Shown here: piece by piece, positions 9,899-20,900 of the stretch
Layout: every line of letters starts with the position of its first letter
Position numbering within the stretch: the stretch's first letter is position 1
Source: a virus
Lineage: Duplodnaviria; Caudoviricetes
Length of the DNA: 64,000 nucleotides
IMG/VR virus record: IMGVR_UViG_3300025066_000007
Reading direction: 5' to 3' (one strand)
Made by a program: the position numbers and the translations under genes
Notes under the pieces: generated by a model
The model's input: the letters and a program-made list of their open reading frames with translations, nothing else
Told to the model about the DNA's origin: nothing
The model's database searches: none

Positions 9899-11545
9899 CT
9901 AGTATTTGTGTGCTAAGGTTCCCTCTTGAGGGGGCCTCCAGCCGGCAGGAGCCTGCCAGCTTGATGGATTTTCTGGCTGCTCGGAAACTACAGCGTCAGT
10001 ATTTATGAGTAAAAGAGATATGCTTGTTGCGTTTTCTAGAGCAGTCTTTGTAACTTTTTTCGGGTCAATAACGCCTGATTTAACTAAGTCTTCAAATGAA
10101 TTTGTAGCAGCATTATATCCATAGTTATTATTAAGCTTCTTCAATACTTTGTCCACAATTTTATCGCCATCAGCATAAGCATTTGCAGCAATTTGTCGCA
10201 TAGGCCTTTCACACGCGTCTATGAGTACGCGTGCGGCTGGAACAAGCTCTTCATCCAGAAGGCTTAGATCTACTTGACTTGCCGCACGAAGAAGAGCCGT
10301 ACCTCCGCCAGGAACGTACCCCTCTTCTATTGCAGCTCTTGTTGCGCAAATAGAGTCGTCAACCCTGTCGCCCTTCTCCCTAAGCTCTAACTCCGTAGAA
10401 TATCCGACAGCAACAACTGCCGCTTTATTCTGGATAAAAGCTATCCTCTTTTTTGTATCGAGCCTTTCATTGTCTCCAATAAGCGTCAACAAGTCTTTTT
10501 TGTAAAGCTCAAGCTTTTCTTCGAATCTGGCCTGATCCCTATTTCCTTCTAATATTTTTGTGGAATATCTATCAACCGTCACTCTCTTGGCAGATCCTAG
10601 GTCAGAAACCTTGGCCTCCTTAAGGGGAACGCCTCCTTCTCCTGAGAATACTTTTGTGCCGACGAGAACAGAGAGGGCTTCTAGCCATTCATTTTGAGCG
10701 GATCCAAATATCGGAAGGCTTACAGCGACAGCCCTCAACCTACCAAGCTTATTGTTCGCAACAAGAGTAGCGAGAACCTCCTGCTTTACGGATTTGGCGA
10801 GGATTAAGACGGGAATATTGTCTTCAGATAATTGATTAAATAACCCCAGGCAAGATGTCAGATTTGAAATATCATCATTGCAAATGAGAATTTTGCAATT
10901 ATTAAGCCTAACATCTGTTTGGCCTTCTTCGGTTAGGAAGGCAGGAGTTACAAATCCAGATTTTATTTCAACTCCATCTGCAAATCTAACAGAATTTCCT
11001 GCGCCAGGAAATGCCTCTGCAACAACTGTTCCGTCCATACCTACTGCATGAAATGCTTCTGCTATTTTGCTGCCAAGCTCCGGATCATTATTTGCAGATA
11101 TTGACGCAATATTCACAAGATCCTCCAAGGAGGATACATCGATAGCCATTGTGTTTAGATTCTTGGTAATCTGTTTTAGAGCCCACTCTATTCCAATCCT
11201 AAAGTTCAAGGGACTATAGTTTTCATCAATAAGCTTACATCCCCGCTTCAAAATTTCATGAGTCAAAACTGTAGCTGTAGTGGTTCCGTCACCTGCTACG
11301 GCAGCCGTCCTTCCCGCTACCTCTTTTATGAGTTGACACGCAAGCTCTTCTACGGGCTCTTCTAAAGTAATCTCCCTTGCAACAGTGACTCCGTCTTTAG
11401 TGAGAACTGGAGCTCCAACATATTTGCCCAGAATTACATTCTTTCCTTGAGGGCCCATCGTTACTGCCACAACTTTGGCTAACTTTTCAGCGCCGGAAAG
11501 AATCTTCTTTCTTGCTTCACTCTTAAAGGTTAAATCTTTGGCCAT
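9899..11545 (-). CDS. groEL: GroEL chaperonin
   Basis: TMGPQGKNV, TKDGVTVA, AGDGTTTATVL, EEGYVPGGG. Confidence 0.96.
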   Translation of the reverse strand: MAKDLTFKSEARKKILSGAEKLAKVVAVTMGPQGKNVILGKYVGAPVLTKDGVTVAREITLEEPVEELACQLIKEVAGRTAAVAGDGTTTATVLTHEILKRGCKLIDENYSPLNFRIGIEWALKQITKNLNTMAIDVSSLEDLVNIASISANNDPELGSKIAEAFHAVGMDGTVVAEAFPGAGNSVRFADGVEIKSGFVTPAFLTEEGQTDVRLNNCKILICNDDISNLTSCLGLFNQLSEDNIPVLILAKSVKQEVLATLVANNKLGRLRAVAVSLPIFGSAQNEWLEALSVLVGTKVFSGEGGVPLKEAKVSDLGSAKRVTVDRYSTKILEGNRDQARFEEKLELYKKDLLTLIGDNERLDTKKRIAFIQNKAAVVAVGYSTELELREKGDRVDDSICATRAAIEEGYVPGGGTALLRAASQVDLSLLDEELVPAARVLIDACERPMRQIAANAYADGDKIVDKVLKKLNNNYGYNAATNSFEDLVKSGVIDPKKVTKTALENATSISLLLINTDAVVSEQPENPSSWQAPAGWRPPQEGTLAHKY

Positions 11546-12084
11546 TATTTGTTCCTATGTTTATAGATATAAGTCAGACAAACCGCAATAGCGTCTGCCT
11601 CGTCAAGACATTCTTTTGCAAGATTCCCTGCTCGATTATCTCTAACTTTAAAGTTAGAAAAATAAGTCTTAACATATTCAAAAGCTTCTTCTTTTGAAGA
11701 TATTTTTGTTTTTGCAAGCTTGCTGAGGCAAGACCTAATCGTAACTACAGCATAGCTTTCTGGCTCCACATTTAATGCTTTCAGGCAAGCTACAGAGGTT
11801 ATCTCGTTAAAAAACGAAAGTGTAATTATTGTCCTTGCTGTACTTCTGCCCTTCGGAAATCTACTTGCGTAAGCCTCAATTGCCACGAAATCTGGATCCT
11901 TTTTCTTCAAGAAGTCCTTGATCGTATCGAAATAATCTGCAGCACGAAAGGCCAGAGAGCCTTTCTTCGATTTAGGCGGCTTGATGTGGCCGTACTCCAA
12001 AAGAATTTCCGACTTATCATCATACTCTACTAAGCTCCAACCGACAGTTGAAGAGGATATGTCTAAACCTAATATTTTCTTCAT
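11545..12084 (-). CDS. ruvC: RuvC-like Holliday junction resolvase
   Basis: ILGLDISSSTVGWS, VAIE, DEADAIAV. Confidence 0.8.
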   Translation of the reverse strand: MKKILGLDISSSTVGWSLVEYDDKSEILLEYGHIKPPKSKKGSLAFRAADYFDTIKDFLKKKDPDFVAIEAYASRFPKGRSTARTIITLSFFNEITSVACLKALNVEPESYAVVTIRSCLSKLAKTKISSKEEAFEYVKTYFSNFKVRDNRAGNLAKECLDEADAIAVCLTYIYKHRNK

Positions 12085-12085
12085 A

Positions 12086-12123
12086 AAAAGGGCGTATAGA
12101 GATTATACTCTATACGCCCTTTT
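12086..12123. terminator. Intrinsic terminator (symmetrical A/T flanks)
   Basis: 16-bp inverted repeat AAAAGGGCGTATAGAG/CTCTATACGCCCTTTT. Confidence 0.8.
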
Positions 12124-12145
12124 AAATTAATCATGCAAAAGGATC

Positions 12146-12769
12146 TTAGTCCTCGAAGTCGAAGTCGAAATCCTCGCTGTTAGCAGTAGCTGTATCTGCG
12201 CCCTGAGTTGCAGAAGAAGTATCCCAACCCATCTTGGTTGCTACCGCCTCTGGCGTGGAAGGGGAGATTAGCTTCTCTAGGTTGACCCTGTCATTGAAGT
12301 CAACGAATTTACTCTTGAAATCGCTAGATAGCGGCTCCTTCGGATTCGGAGTTACGCTATAAAGCGGCTGCTGACCCTTGGGACCTCTATTGATAGAGAT
12401 GTCATATCCAGTAACCTTGCCCCATTTTGAATTGTTATAAAGCGATTTAATCGAATTATAAATCTGAGGTCCAATCTCCAGAAGCTTGAAGGTATCGTCA
12501 TTTCGATCAAGGATCTTGACGAGCCATCGAGCCTGTCGCTTAAAGCCTGAATCTTCTAGGCGACGAACCAGCTCCGGGTGATTCGCGGGAGAGTTGATCT
12601 TGCTCTTCGCGCCAGCGGGAGTGGTTACCCAATGGATGTAAAACTGAACGGGGTTTCCCATCACTCGTACAACGTTCTCTCCCTCAACTAGCCTTGCAAA
12701 GTCAGACTTCTGACCTGAATCAGAATCTGCAGCGTTCCAATCAACTTCTCCAAAAACCATATTTGACAT
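12146..12769 (-). CDS. Single-stranded DNA-binding protein (gp32-like)
   Basis: FARLVEGENVVRV, KLLEIGPQIYNSI, GYDISI and acidic aromatic tail EDFDFDFED, in a replication cluster. Confidence 0.7.
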   Translation of the reverse strand: MSNMVFGEVDWNAADSDSGQKSDFARLVEGENVVRVMGNPVQFYIHWVTTPAGAKSKINSPANHPELVRRLEDSGFKRQARWLVKILDRNDDTFKLLEIGPQIYNSIKSLYNNSKWGKVTGYDISINRGPKGQQPLYSVTPNPKEPLSSDFKSKFVDFNDRVNLEKLISPSTPEAVATKMGWDTSSATQGADTATANSEDFDFDFED

Positions 12770-12862
12770 ATAAATACTCCTTGTGGTGTTATATTAACAC
12801 TCTTGGCCTTTTGTTTTATTACGCGGTATTGCGTGTTATTTTTTGGCCTTATTATTGTGGAT

Positions 12863-13462
12863 TTATTTTCCCCACTCTATTTCTTCGGATTCTGCTCCAA
12901 AATCATTTGGCCGAGAACTTCCGGGGAAGGTAGAAGTGTCAGCCGCAGAAGCTCCGTAGCCTGCGCTACTTGCAACTTCAATTGAATAATCTCTTTTTAG
13001 GAATGTCTTGAGAGCGTAATGCCAGCCCAAAAAATATCCTGCCTTATTTTCTAGCCACTTTTTTGAAGCCTTAGCTAGAATTAAATTATTGCAAGCTTCT
13101 ATATAATCGTCATCTGCTTGCGCAAACCACTCTTTGTCCTTTGCAGTCTTCAGTCCAGACTTAATTGCCTTGCTTAGGGCGGCATCAGACCAAGCTTTGT
13201 TCTTCAATGACTCAAGATGACCAATCCATCTATCAATCTGGACGATCCTCTCTTGACAAAGATTCTGTCCCTCTAGGGTTCTGAGGAGGCCAACCTCAGC
13301 GATATTAAGGTCAACTACTCCATTTGTAGGAAGCGATGCAGCAACCTCTTCTATGGATTTAATATCTATATTCTGTATAGAGAAATTATCTATTGATAAT
13401 TTATTATGCAGTTTCATCGTCAGCTCCAAAAATCGTCGCCTCCAGGCGCTCGATCCGTGCAT
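12863..13462 (-). CDS. Hypothetical coiled-coil protein (true start probably MKLHNK)
   Basis: ORF track; operon packing. Confidence 0.65.
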   Translation of the reverse strand: MHGSSAWRRRFLELTMKLHNKLSIDNFSIQNIDIKSIEEVAASLPTNGVVDLNIAEVGLLRTLEGQNLCQERIVQIDRWIGHLESLKNKAWSDAALSKAIKSGLKTAKDKEWFAQADDDYIEACNNLILAKASKKWLENKAGYFLGWHYALKTFLKRDYSIEVASSAGYGASAADTSTFPGSSRPNDFGAESEEIEWGK

Positions 13463-13748
13463 TTAGCTTAGCCACGGATCCCTGAGCGGCAATATTTTCG
13501 CTGACTTTTTTCAGTTCATCGTCTAACATTCTAACTCGTTGGTTCATCATCACATTCAAAATATAGTAAATAATACCAACATTCACCGTGTTATTTACAG
13601 GCGGAGTTACTGATGTTATTATACCATTTTTATCAGTCGTAAACAAGCCTAAAAAGCCTTTGTCTCCAAACTCTTTTACCAAAGATTTATAGTAAAGAAA
13701 CTCAGATTCGCTCAAATCCAATCGCTTATTCCCAACCGCTCTAATCAC
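13404..13748 (-). CDS. Hypothetical protein
   Basis: 114-aa ORF. Confidence 0.65.
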   Translation of the reverse strand: MIRAVGNKRLDLSESEFLYYKSLVKEFGDKGFLGLFTTDKNGIITSVTPPVNNTVNVGIIYYILNVMMNQRVRMLDDELKKVSENIAAQGSVAKLNARIERLEATIFGADDETA

Positions 13749-14238
13749 TTGAAAGTCTCCTTACAAATGTTCCGGGGCTCCTAATCTTGCTTTCTTTGGC
13801 AATTCTCTTTAGCCTTTGAACCTTTAGTTCTGCGTCTAAAAGATCCGGGGATAAAGCCTCATTGGAGAGGGCCTCGACGCGCACCTGATCCCGTATGGCC
13901 TCGTAGGATTCTTCTTCGGTTGGCACGTCGGCCACCGCCTCCGAAGCCTCCTCCGCTGCCTCCGAGCCCTCTGGCGCGGCCTCCTCGTCGTTGGGGACGG
14001 GGGGCTCGATATCAGGCGGAAAGAACTCTACGAGCATAAAAAGAGCTATATCGAAAATATCATCGCTCTCTAGCTTTTCCGAAAATGGCTGATTAACAAG
14101 CCTTTGCCTAAAGAGAGACAGCCTTCTGCTGTGAAGCTCCCCCAGGAGCGCGCCGCCGCAAGCTGGGCAGCAATTCTTTACTAGAGAGTGTCTCATTGAG
14201 GCCTTTACCTCAAATTTGCAGTTTCTGCATTTTATCAT
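13741..14238 (-). CDS. Zn-ribbon protein
   Basis: CRNC and CCPACG at the N-terminus; ATGA overlap with dnaE. Confidence 0.7.
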   Translation of the reverse strand: MIKCRNCKFEVKASMRHSLVKNCCPACGGALLGELHSRRLSLFRQRLVNQPFSEKLESDDIFDIALFMLVEFFPPDIEPPVPNDEEAAPEGSEAAEEASEAVADVPTEEESYEAIRDQVRVEALSNEALSPDLLDAELKVQRLKRIAKESKIRSPGTFVRRLSSD

Positions 14239-17200
14239 AGTGATTTTCCATAAACTCTCTCAAGACTAGAGAGAGCAAGATCTTTTTGATCCAAATAATT
14301 ATTTACTTTGCATATTGCCTTAATAGGAGTTCCATCTTTTAGAATGGTACGATATAAGGCATAGTCATCAGCCCAAATAGTCAAACCACAAGTATCTCCG
14401 TTAACATCTTCTACTAAGTATTTTGCGAATTTCTTTCCTATATTTTTACCATTTTTAATTTTAAATTCTTTGATCTTTGTCTTGATAATTGCCTCGATTT
14501 TTAATCGAGCACCATCTCCTTGAGCCGCAACACCTGATAAAGGCGTTACCATTGGACCTCCTGTGAAAAAGTCCTTAAAAACTTCATGCAGACTTCCCGA
14601 CAAAGATCTCCCCATTACTTCTCTCTCTTTTAAAAGAGTCTCCTTTCTATCCCACTCCTCTTCGGAAGTAGTAAATGTAAGTGAGTCCATTATCTCTAAA
14701 AACCGCTTTGAGCCAAGAGGTATGTCAAATTTTGCCGTTAGCTCGGGAATGTTTTCTTTCGGAATTTTTTTCCATGTTGGATTCGCAGCAAGAATATCCT
14801 TTGTAATAGCCTTCTTCAGGGCTGCCTTCATTTTGGTTCTGTATTTTTGGTAATTATCGTGCATATCCATTCTGGTCAGCCCGAAGTCATCAAGAGCGCC
14901 GGCCTTTGCCAAGGATTGAATTACGGTCTTTCCAACTGTGCGGCTATTGTTTCTGGAGACAAAATCAGCAAAGCTCTTATAAGGACGATTTTCCGTGATG
15001 CTCTCTATGGCCTTTTCTCCGAGCCCTTTTACGGCGGAAAGCCCAATTGCTATCGATTTAGCGTTTAGAACGCGATACTCTCCTGCCGACTTATTAACGT
15101 TGGGATGAGTTACGTCAATTTTCATGTTTTTGCATTCAGAGACATACTCCTGCGCCTTGTCGCTATTTGGGTCTTCAGAGTTGATTAGCGCGCACATAAA
15201 CTGCACAGGATAATGACATCTTAGCCAAGCTGTCTGAAAAGATATCTTCGAATAGGATATTGAGTGAGATTTGTTAAAGCTGTACAGGCCAAGAGGCTCA
15301 ATATAATGCTTCCATATTAAGGAGCCTGTTTTGTAATCCATCCCAGAAAAAGACATGCAATCCTTTACGAAATTCGCTTCAGTCCTAAGAACCAGATCTT
15401 CATCCTTGCCCTTTAGCTTGCTGATCTTTCTAAGGGCATCCGCTTGGTTCAGGTCCCATCCGGCACAATCTTGGGCAATAAACATTGCCTGCTCCTCATA
15501 AATTAGGACTCCAAAGGTCTTCTTTAAAGCCCTCTTGAGTTTGGGATGCTCATAAGTCGCCTCTTCCAGCCCAAGCCGACGCTTTGCGTACTTCTTTCTT
15601 TCTGCCGGCAGACAAGATGGTCTTCCAATTGCGTTAATAACAGAGATATCCTCAATGGTTTTTGGCTTTAGCTTTATACAGAATGGGGTCAGAGAAGACT
15701 CAAGCTGAAAAACTCCAAGAGTTTCTCCTCGCCCTAACATCGCATAGACTTTTTGATCGGCAAAGTCTATGTCTTCTGTTGTCAGCTTTTTCCCCGTAGA
15801 GCTCTCGATTAGCTTGAAGGTATTGTCGATAACAGTCAGCGTTTTTAGGCCCAGAAGATCCATCTTAATAAGACCATTGTCTTCACACCTAGTCTTCTCC
15901 CACTGAGTTACGACGTTGTTGTCTCCATCAATTCTCAGAGGGACTGTTTCGTAAAGCGGATTCTCACCGATAACCAAACCTGCGGCGTGAATGGACCAGT
16001 TTCTTGTGAGATTCTGTAGCTTATTTCCATATTGATAAAGCTCGGGGTACTTGCTCATATACGCAGAAAACTGAGGGCTATCCGCCATAGCCTTGTCTAA
16101 GGTTTTTGAATCAGGCATGATAGATGTAATGTTATTTGATATCTTAAATGCCGCCGACTTATCTCCTCCCAGACGAAGGCTTCTGGCTACGTCTTTTATA
16201 ACAACTTTTGGAGACAAAGTACTCCAGTTTGAGATGGAGGCGACCTTATCTTCTCCGTACTTTTCTTTTACGTATTCCTTGACTGCGCCTGGATCCGAAA
16301 AATCTGTATCAATGTCTGGAAAAGATGTCTTCTGATTATTATGAAATCTCTCAAAAATTAAATCGTATTTAATTGGGTCTACGTCTGTAATTCCGGCCAA
16401 ATATGCGACCAAAGAACCGGATGCTGATCCCCTTCCGGCGCCAACGGGCATCTTCTTTTTCGCCCAATTTATGTAGTCTGCAACGATAAGCATGTAGGAA
16501 GAAAAGTTCTTATCCTCCAGAACAGAGAGCTCGACTTTGACACGATCCCAATAGCGCTCTTTTTCCTCTTTTTCTAAGCCGCCAAGCTTATCTTTAAACC
16601 CTTGGATGCACCGATATCTCAGAAGAGCCTTATCCTCAGATAAGGTTGATCTAGTTTTCTTGTACCATGCCGAAAACTCTTTATAGTCCGGCTCTCCATG
16701 CACAGGAAAAGAGGGCAGCCTTGCTCCCTTTGGCTTTATGTAGTGAGGCTCCTCACAAGCCTCCATAATTTTAATTGTATTCTCCATGCCTTTTGACGCT
16801 ACTTTTTGGCCAAAAAAGTCAACTATTTCAGAAGGCTCCTTCAGGTACATATCCTGAACTCCATAGCGGAATCTATCAGGATCGTCAACAGCCTTCTTGT
16901 CCTTGATGGCCAACATGAAGTCGTGATATTTTGCGTGCTCTTTATCTCGATAATGAGCGTCGCATGTTATGACGTATGGAATTCCTAATTCGCTGGATAT
17001 CTTGAGCAAAGATTCGTTTAGCCTAACTTGATTAACCTCTTTTCCATTTTTATTAACAGCGTGTAAAGCGTGCGGCTGCAACTCCAAAAAGAATCTATCA
17101 TTAAAAATAGAGTGAAATCTCTTGACGTATTGCGTGGCAAGCTCTTCGTCTTCTTCTGTTACAAGAGTTTTTCCGATTAGACCATTGCTGCAGGCGGTAA

Positions 17201-17606
17201 GGGCAAAAACGCCCTCATTGTACTTTTCGATATGCTCCCAGGAAATTCTGGGCGTCTTCTTTCCCATGTAGCCAGCAACTTGATTTTGAAATGCCAGATA
17301 ATTTAAAGTTAAGATATTTTTATACCCAACTGCATTTTGAGCAAGAAGAACAAGGTGGTGACTCTTTCTCTCTGAAAGATCATTCGCGAAATAAGCTTCA
17401 ATTCCAGGAATATATTTCACTCCGGTCTTTTGAGACGCAAGATATGCGTCATAACTGGCAGTTAATGTTCCGTGATCTGTTACAGCTACAGCTGGGTGCC
17501 CCACCTCCTTCGCCCTCTTAAAGAGATCGAGTGTATCGTTCATTCCGTCTAGAGGGCTTCCTAGTTCTGTGTGATTGTGAAGCGATACAAATGGTCCTTT
17601 TGACAT
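14235..17606 (-). CDS. dnaE: DNA polymerase III alpha subunit (family C), no intein
   Basis: PHP domain (LHNHTELGS, TDHG), GAGRGSASGSLVAY, PDIDTDF, KMDLLGL, GVFQLES, YSFNKSH, C-terminal OB fold. Confidence 0.97.
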   Translation of the reverse strand: MSKGPFVSLHNHTELGSPLDGMNDTLDLFKRAKEVGHPAVAVTDHGTLTASYDAYLASQKTGVKYIPGIEAYFANDLSERKSHHLVLLAQNAVGYKNILTLNYLAFQNQVAGYMGKKTPRISWEHIEKYNEGVFALTACSNGLIGKTLVTEEDEELATQYVKRFHSIFNDRFFLELQPHALHAVNKNGKEVNQVRLNESLLKISSELGIPYVITCDAHYRDKEHAKYHDFMLAIKDKKAVDDPDRFRYGVQDMYLKEPSEIVDFFGQKVASKGMENTIKIMEACEEPHYIKPKGARLPSFPVHGEPDYKEFSAWYKKTRSTLSEDKALLRYRCIQGFKDKLGGLEKEEKERYWDRVKVELSVLEDKNFSSYMLIVADYINWAKKKMPVGAGRGSASGSLVAYLAGITDVDPIKYDLIFERFHNNQKTSFPDIDTDFSDPGAVKEYVKEKYGEDKVASISNWSTLSPKVVIKDVARSLRLGGDKSAAFKISNNITSIMPDSKTLDKAMADSPQFSAYMSKYPELYQYGNKLQNLTRNWSIHAAGLVIGENPLYETVPLRIDGDNNVVTQWEKTRCEDNGLIKMDLLGLKTLTVIDNTFKLIESSTGKKLTTEDIDFADQKVYAMLGRGETLGVFQLESSLTPFCIKLKPKTIEDISVINAIGRPSCLPAERKKYAKRRLGLEEATYEHPKLKRALKKTFGVLIYEEQAMFIAQDCAGWDLNQADALRKISKLKGKDEDLVLRTEANFVKDCMSFSGMDYKTGSLIWKHYIEPLGLYSFNKSHSISYSKISFQTAWLRCHYPVQFMCALINSEDPNSDKAQEYVSECKNMKIDVTHPNVNKSAGEYRVLNAKSIAIGLSAVKGLGEKAIESITENRPYKSFADFVSRNNSRTVGKTVIQSLAKAGALDDFGLTRMDMHDNYQKYRTKMKAALKKAITKDILAANPTWKKIPKENIPELTAKFDIPLGSKRFLEIMDSLTFTTSEEEWDRKETLLKEREVMGRSLSGSLHEVFKDFFTGGPMVTPLSGVAAQGDGARLKIEAIIKTKIKEFKIKNGKNIGKKFAKYLVEDVNGDTCGLTIWADDYALYRTILKDGTPIKAICKVNNYLDQKDLALSSLERVYGKSL

Positions 17607-17623
17607 TTTTCTCCTTAAAAAAG

Positions 17624-17663
17624 ATATAGGCGTGGGAGCCGATATGGCCCTCCACGCCTATAT
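17624..17663 (-). terminator. Hairpin/terminator
   Basis: 12-bp inverted repeat ATATAGGCGTGG/CCACGCCTATAT in the intergenic space. Confidence 0.55.
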
Positions 17664-17691
17664 TAGGCACGTTTTTTACTTTGTCCTAAGA

Positions 17692-17988
17692 TTATTCAGA
17701 CACCAAGCTGTGAATATGGTCATAAATTTCATTTACGATATCCATATCAATATCTTGCTTTGCACTACGAAGGGCCTGCGATAGCTCTTTTTTCGGAAGG
17801 CTTTTTGACTTTATATAGTCTGCGGACCACTCTCTTCGGGCTTCTTGCAGATCCTTGATCGAAACCTCATAAACCATATATTGCTTTACATATTCTTTTA
17901 CGTCATCCATTGACCACGTAGTTGAGCCTCCCTCTGATTCGTTGAAAATTCTAACCATACCAGTCGACTCTGTTTCTTCTTCGTTCAT
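17692..17988 (-). CDS. Small helical protein, possibly dsDNA-binding (T4 DsbA/GapR-like)
   Basis: 98 aa; size, helical pattern and position suggest this, but resemblance is weak. Confidence 0.45.
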   Translation of the reverse strand: MNEEETESTGMVRIFNESEGGSTTWSMDDVKEYVKQYMVYEVSIKDLQEARREWSADYIKSKSLPKKELSQALRSAKQDIDMDIVNEIYDHIHSLVSE

Positions 17989-17997
17989 ATAAGCTCC

Positions 17998-20900
17998 TTA
18001 TTGTACTTCTGTTCCGATGATCAGCTCCCAGGTTCTCCGGAGGCCTTCGCTTACAATAATAGCCTCAGAATACTTGCTCGCCTTTAAAACTTCAGGTTTT
18101 TTGCCAACAGGCCATTGATCGCTAATTTTCGCGTCCTTTCTCAAGGTGTTCTCGACATTTTGAGAGCTATTTTTTTCGAGCTCCCTCTTCTTCTGGTAGG
18201 CTGTAAACTCACTGTAAGCGTCCTCGATTCTATCAGTATAGTACTTGGCGAGGGCCTTCTCTACATTTTTAACACCCATAACTTTCTTCCCCTTTTTTGC
18301 AGCAGAAGGGAGGGTGGGATAAACAGGACCAATAGGCTCTTGATAAACTCCGTATCCAGCAAGGGTTTCTGAATGAAGGGAATAGATCTCTTGCATAGTC
18401 AGGGTTCTATCTGAATCCTTGTCTTGGATCTCAGATAGAACATCTTCAGTAGAATGGGTTGTAGATTTATAGTCATACAGTAAGTTCCTTATCTGCATGT
18501 AAGATCTTTCATCTTCATTACTGCCGCTAACAAAATAGAAATTACCACCAGAAGTGTCTCTCAGCTTATTCCTCATATTCTTGACTTCTGAAGTCTTACC
18601 CTTAATTCTTAGGCCAAGGCTGTTGTAGTCGCCCTCTTCAACTTTCCCCTTTAGATCGGGCTCGTGCCTATTCCCATAAGGATCAAGCAAGATTTCTGGA
18701 TTTTTAACTCCAATCTTATTTGCAATATGGTCAAGTCCGTGACTCTTAATTAAGAAGTCTTTTACGAGAGTCTTAACGTCTGAGTCATATATGTCATCTC
18801 CAAGCAAAATTTGCTGTCCCGCCCACTCTTCAGAGAAGCATTCTAGAGTTAGCATCTTATTTAGCAAAACATAGTTATTCAACGGAATATATATTCCAGA
18901 CGCAACCTCGTATCCTCCGGCCTTTTCTCCGAACCCTATAGGCCCCGTTTCTACTATATCTTTTTTCTTTCTCTGGAAACTCGTTAGACCTGACCCCATA
19001 CTAACATTAAATGGCAACCCACGATACTCGCTAAACAAACTCTTCGTTCTAGCCTTAGCATAGGCCTCCGCTTTCTCTCGACTCTTGACCCCCAACTTGT
19101 CCTTTCTGTCTTGGAAGTCATTATAAACCCTCATTATATTCATCAAAAGGCCATTAGCATACTGCAGAGGTCTTCTCTGCAGCATGTCAGAGATCTCAAT
19201 GACATTTCCCTCAGATATTGCAACCTCTATATTTGCGGTTATAATTGAGAGATCATTGGCTTTGAAATTTTTTGGATCAACTTCTATCGGAATAGAAATT
19301 CCAGTAAAACTAGGGGCGCCGATAGTAGGCGGAACTAAGTTGGCCTCTCCATGCCTGACCTCCTGAGGGCCTATTGCAAATCCACTTGAACTGTTAAATC
19401 CAAATTTATCATTTATAACAGCAGAACCTTCGCTCCCAGACACGACTCTTGTCATTGGGTGATCCAGAAGGCTCAGAAGGCTTTTTGAGGCAATCTTGAG
19501 GCCGACCGTTCGACTAGGAACTCTATACAAAGAGTACTCCGGGCCAATTCCGGCATCTGTCAGCAGCTTGCGATAAACGCCCTCTTCCAAAAGAACCGGA
19601 GCCTCTCCTATGGCACTTCTTAGCTCGTCCTGGCTTGTTGCCGTCATAATTATAATAAAGCCAGCTGCCAAAAACCCATCAAAAGAAGGGTCTATTATTC
19701 CAAACGGATTCTCCTTTCCTTTCTGATCGCAAATTCTAAAAACAGGATGAGTAAACTTATTCTTTTTAAACTCGTAATGCATGGCGCTCCATGTTGGGAC
19801 TGCCATGACCCCCTCCTGTCTGAGGGACTCATGTTCAGCAGAAAGAAAGCCACTTGGAGAAAGCTTTCTTGCATACTTAGAATCTTTCCCCATAAGAATT
19901 TTAGTAACAGGTCGCACACTAAGAATCTTATTTAAGACCAAAGAGGCTTTTGCAGGAAGCAGAGAGAACTCTCGTATTAACGCGTCTTCATCTTCACCTG
20001 CTGCAGATACACCAAGACTTACGACAGGGCCTCCTTCTCTTCTGGGAGTTATCCTGTATATAGTCTCCGTATCTCCTGGCTGAACTACGTATACGGAGCC
20101 ATCCCTTCCCTTCCAGAAAGACCCTAACTCTGGAGCTAGCTTGGAAAGATGAGGGGTGGCCTTACCTCTTACCGGAGGCGTATGTGAGTATCCAAAATCC
20201 TTCAGGAGGCCTGTTATGGAGTCTGCGTTTAAGCCCGCTCCCTCATTCTCTAGTCCATGCGGAAAGCTGACCCTCTGGGTGTCTAGTTCGGCAGAAAGTT
20301 GAGTTCGAATATATTTTATCGCCAAGTCTTGGTGATACTCGTTTAAAGAAGCAGAATTAAGTCCAATTGGAATTTGTTTTATATCAATTTTCAATAAACC
20401 AATATTCGTCATAATTGTGTCAAAAATATCATCCAATGAATCTTCGTCTTCTGGCACTTCGAGAATAACCGGCTCAACGATTGGAGATACAGAGCAATAT
20501 TCGATTATAGACTCGGGCGTCAAAAAGACATCCTCTTCTACTCCTACGAATTCATAATATACATATCTTGGAGATATGTCCCTAAAGTATAGATTATAAA
20601 TTATAGAAAGCTTTTCTGCAATATAATGAGCAGAGGCAGCAGCAGCCACTCTTCCGTAATACTCTCTTCCATATTGCTTAGACAACTTTAAGGTAGTATC
20701 TGCCGATATCAACCCCTTTGTGAGATGTGCAAGATCCTTGTTTTCCGGCCCAATCAACTTGTATAATGCAATCGCTCCAGGGGATTCGAAAACTGAGCTT
20801 TCGAATTTACCATGCTTTCGTCTGCCTGAAATCAAATAGCTTCCAATTGCTCCAATTCCCCGTGCAACTTCACCTTTTGATAGAGTTTTGTCATTATTTA

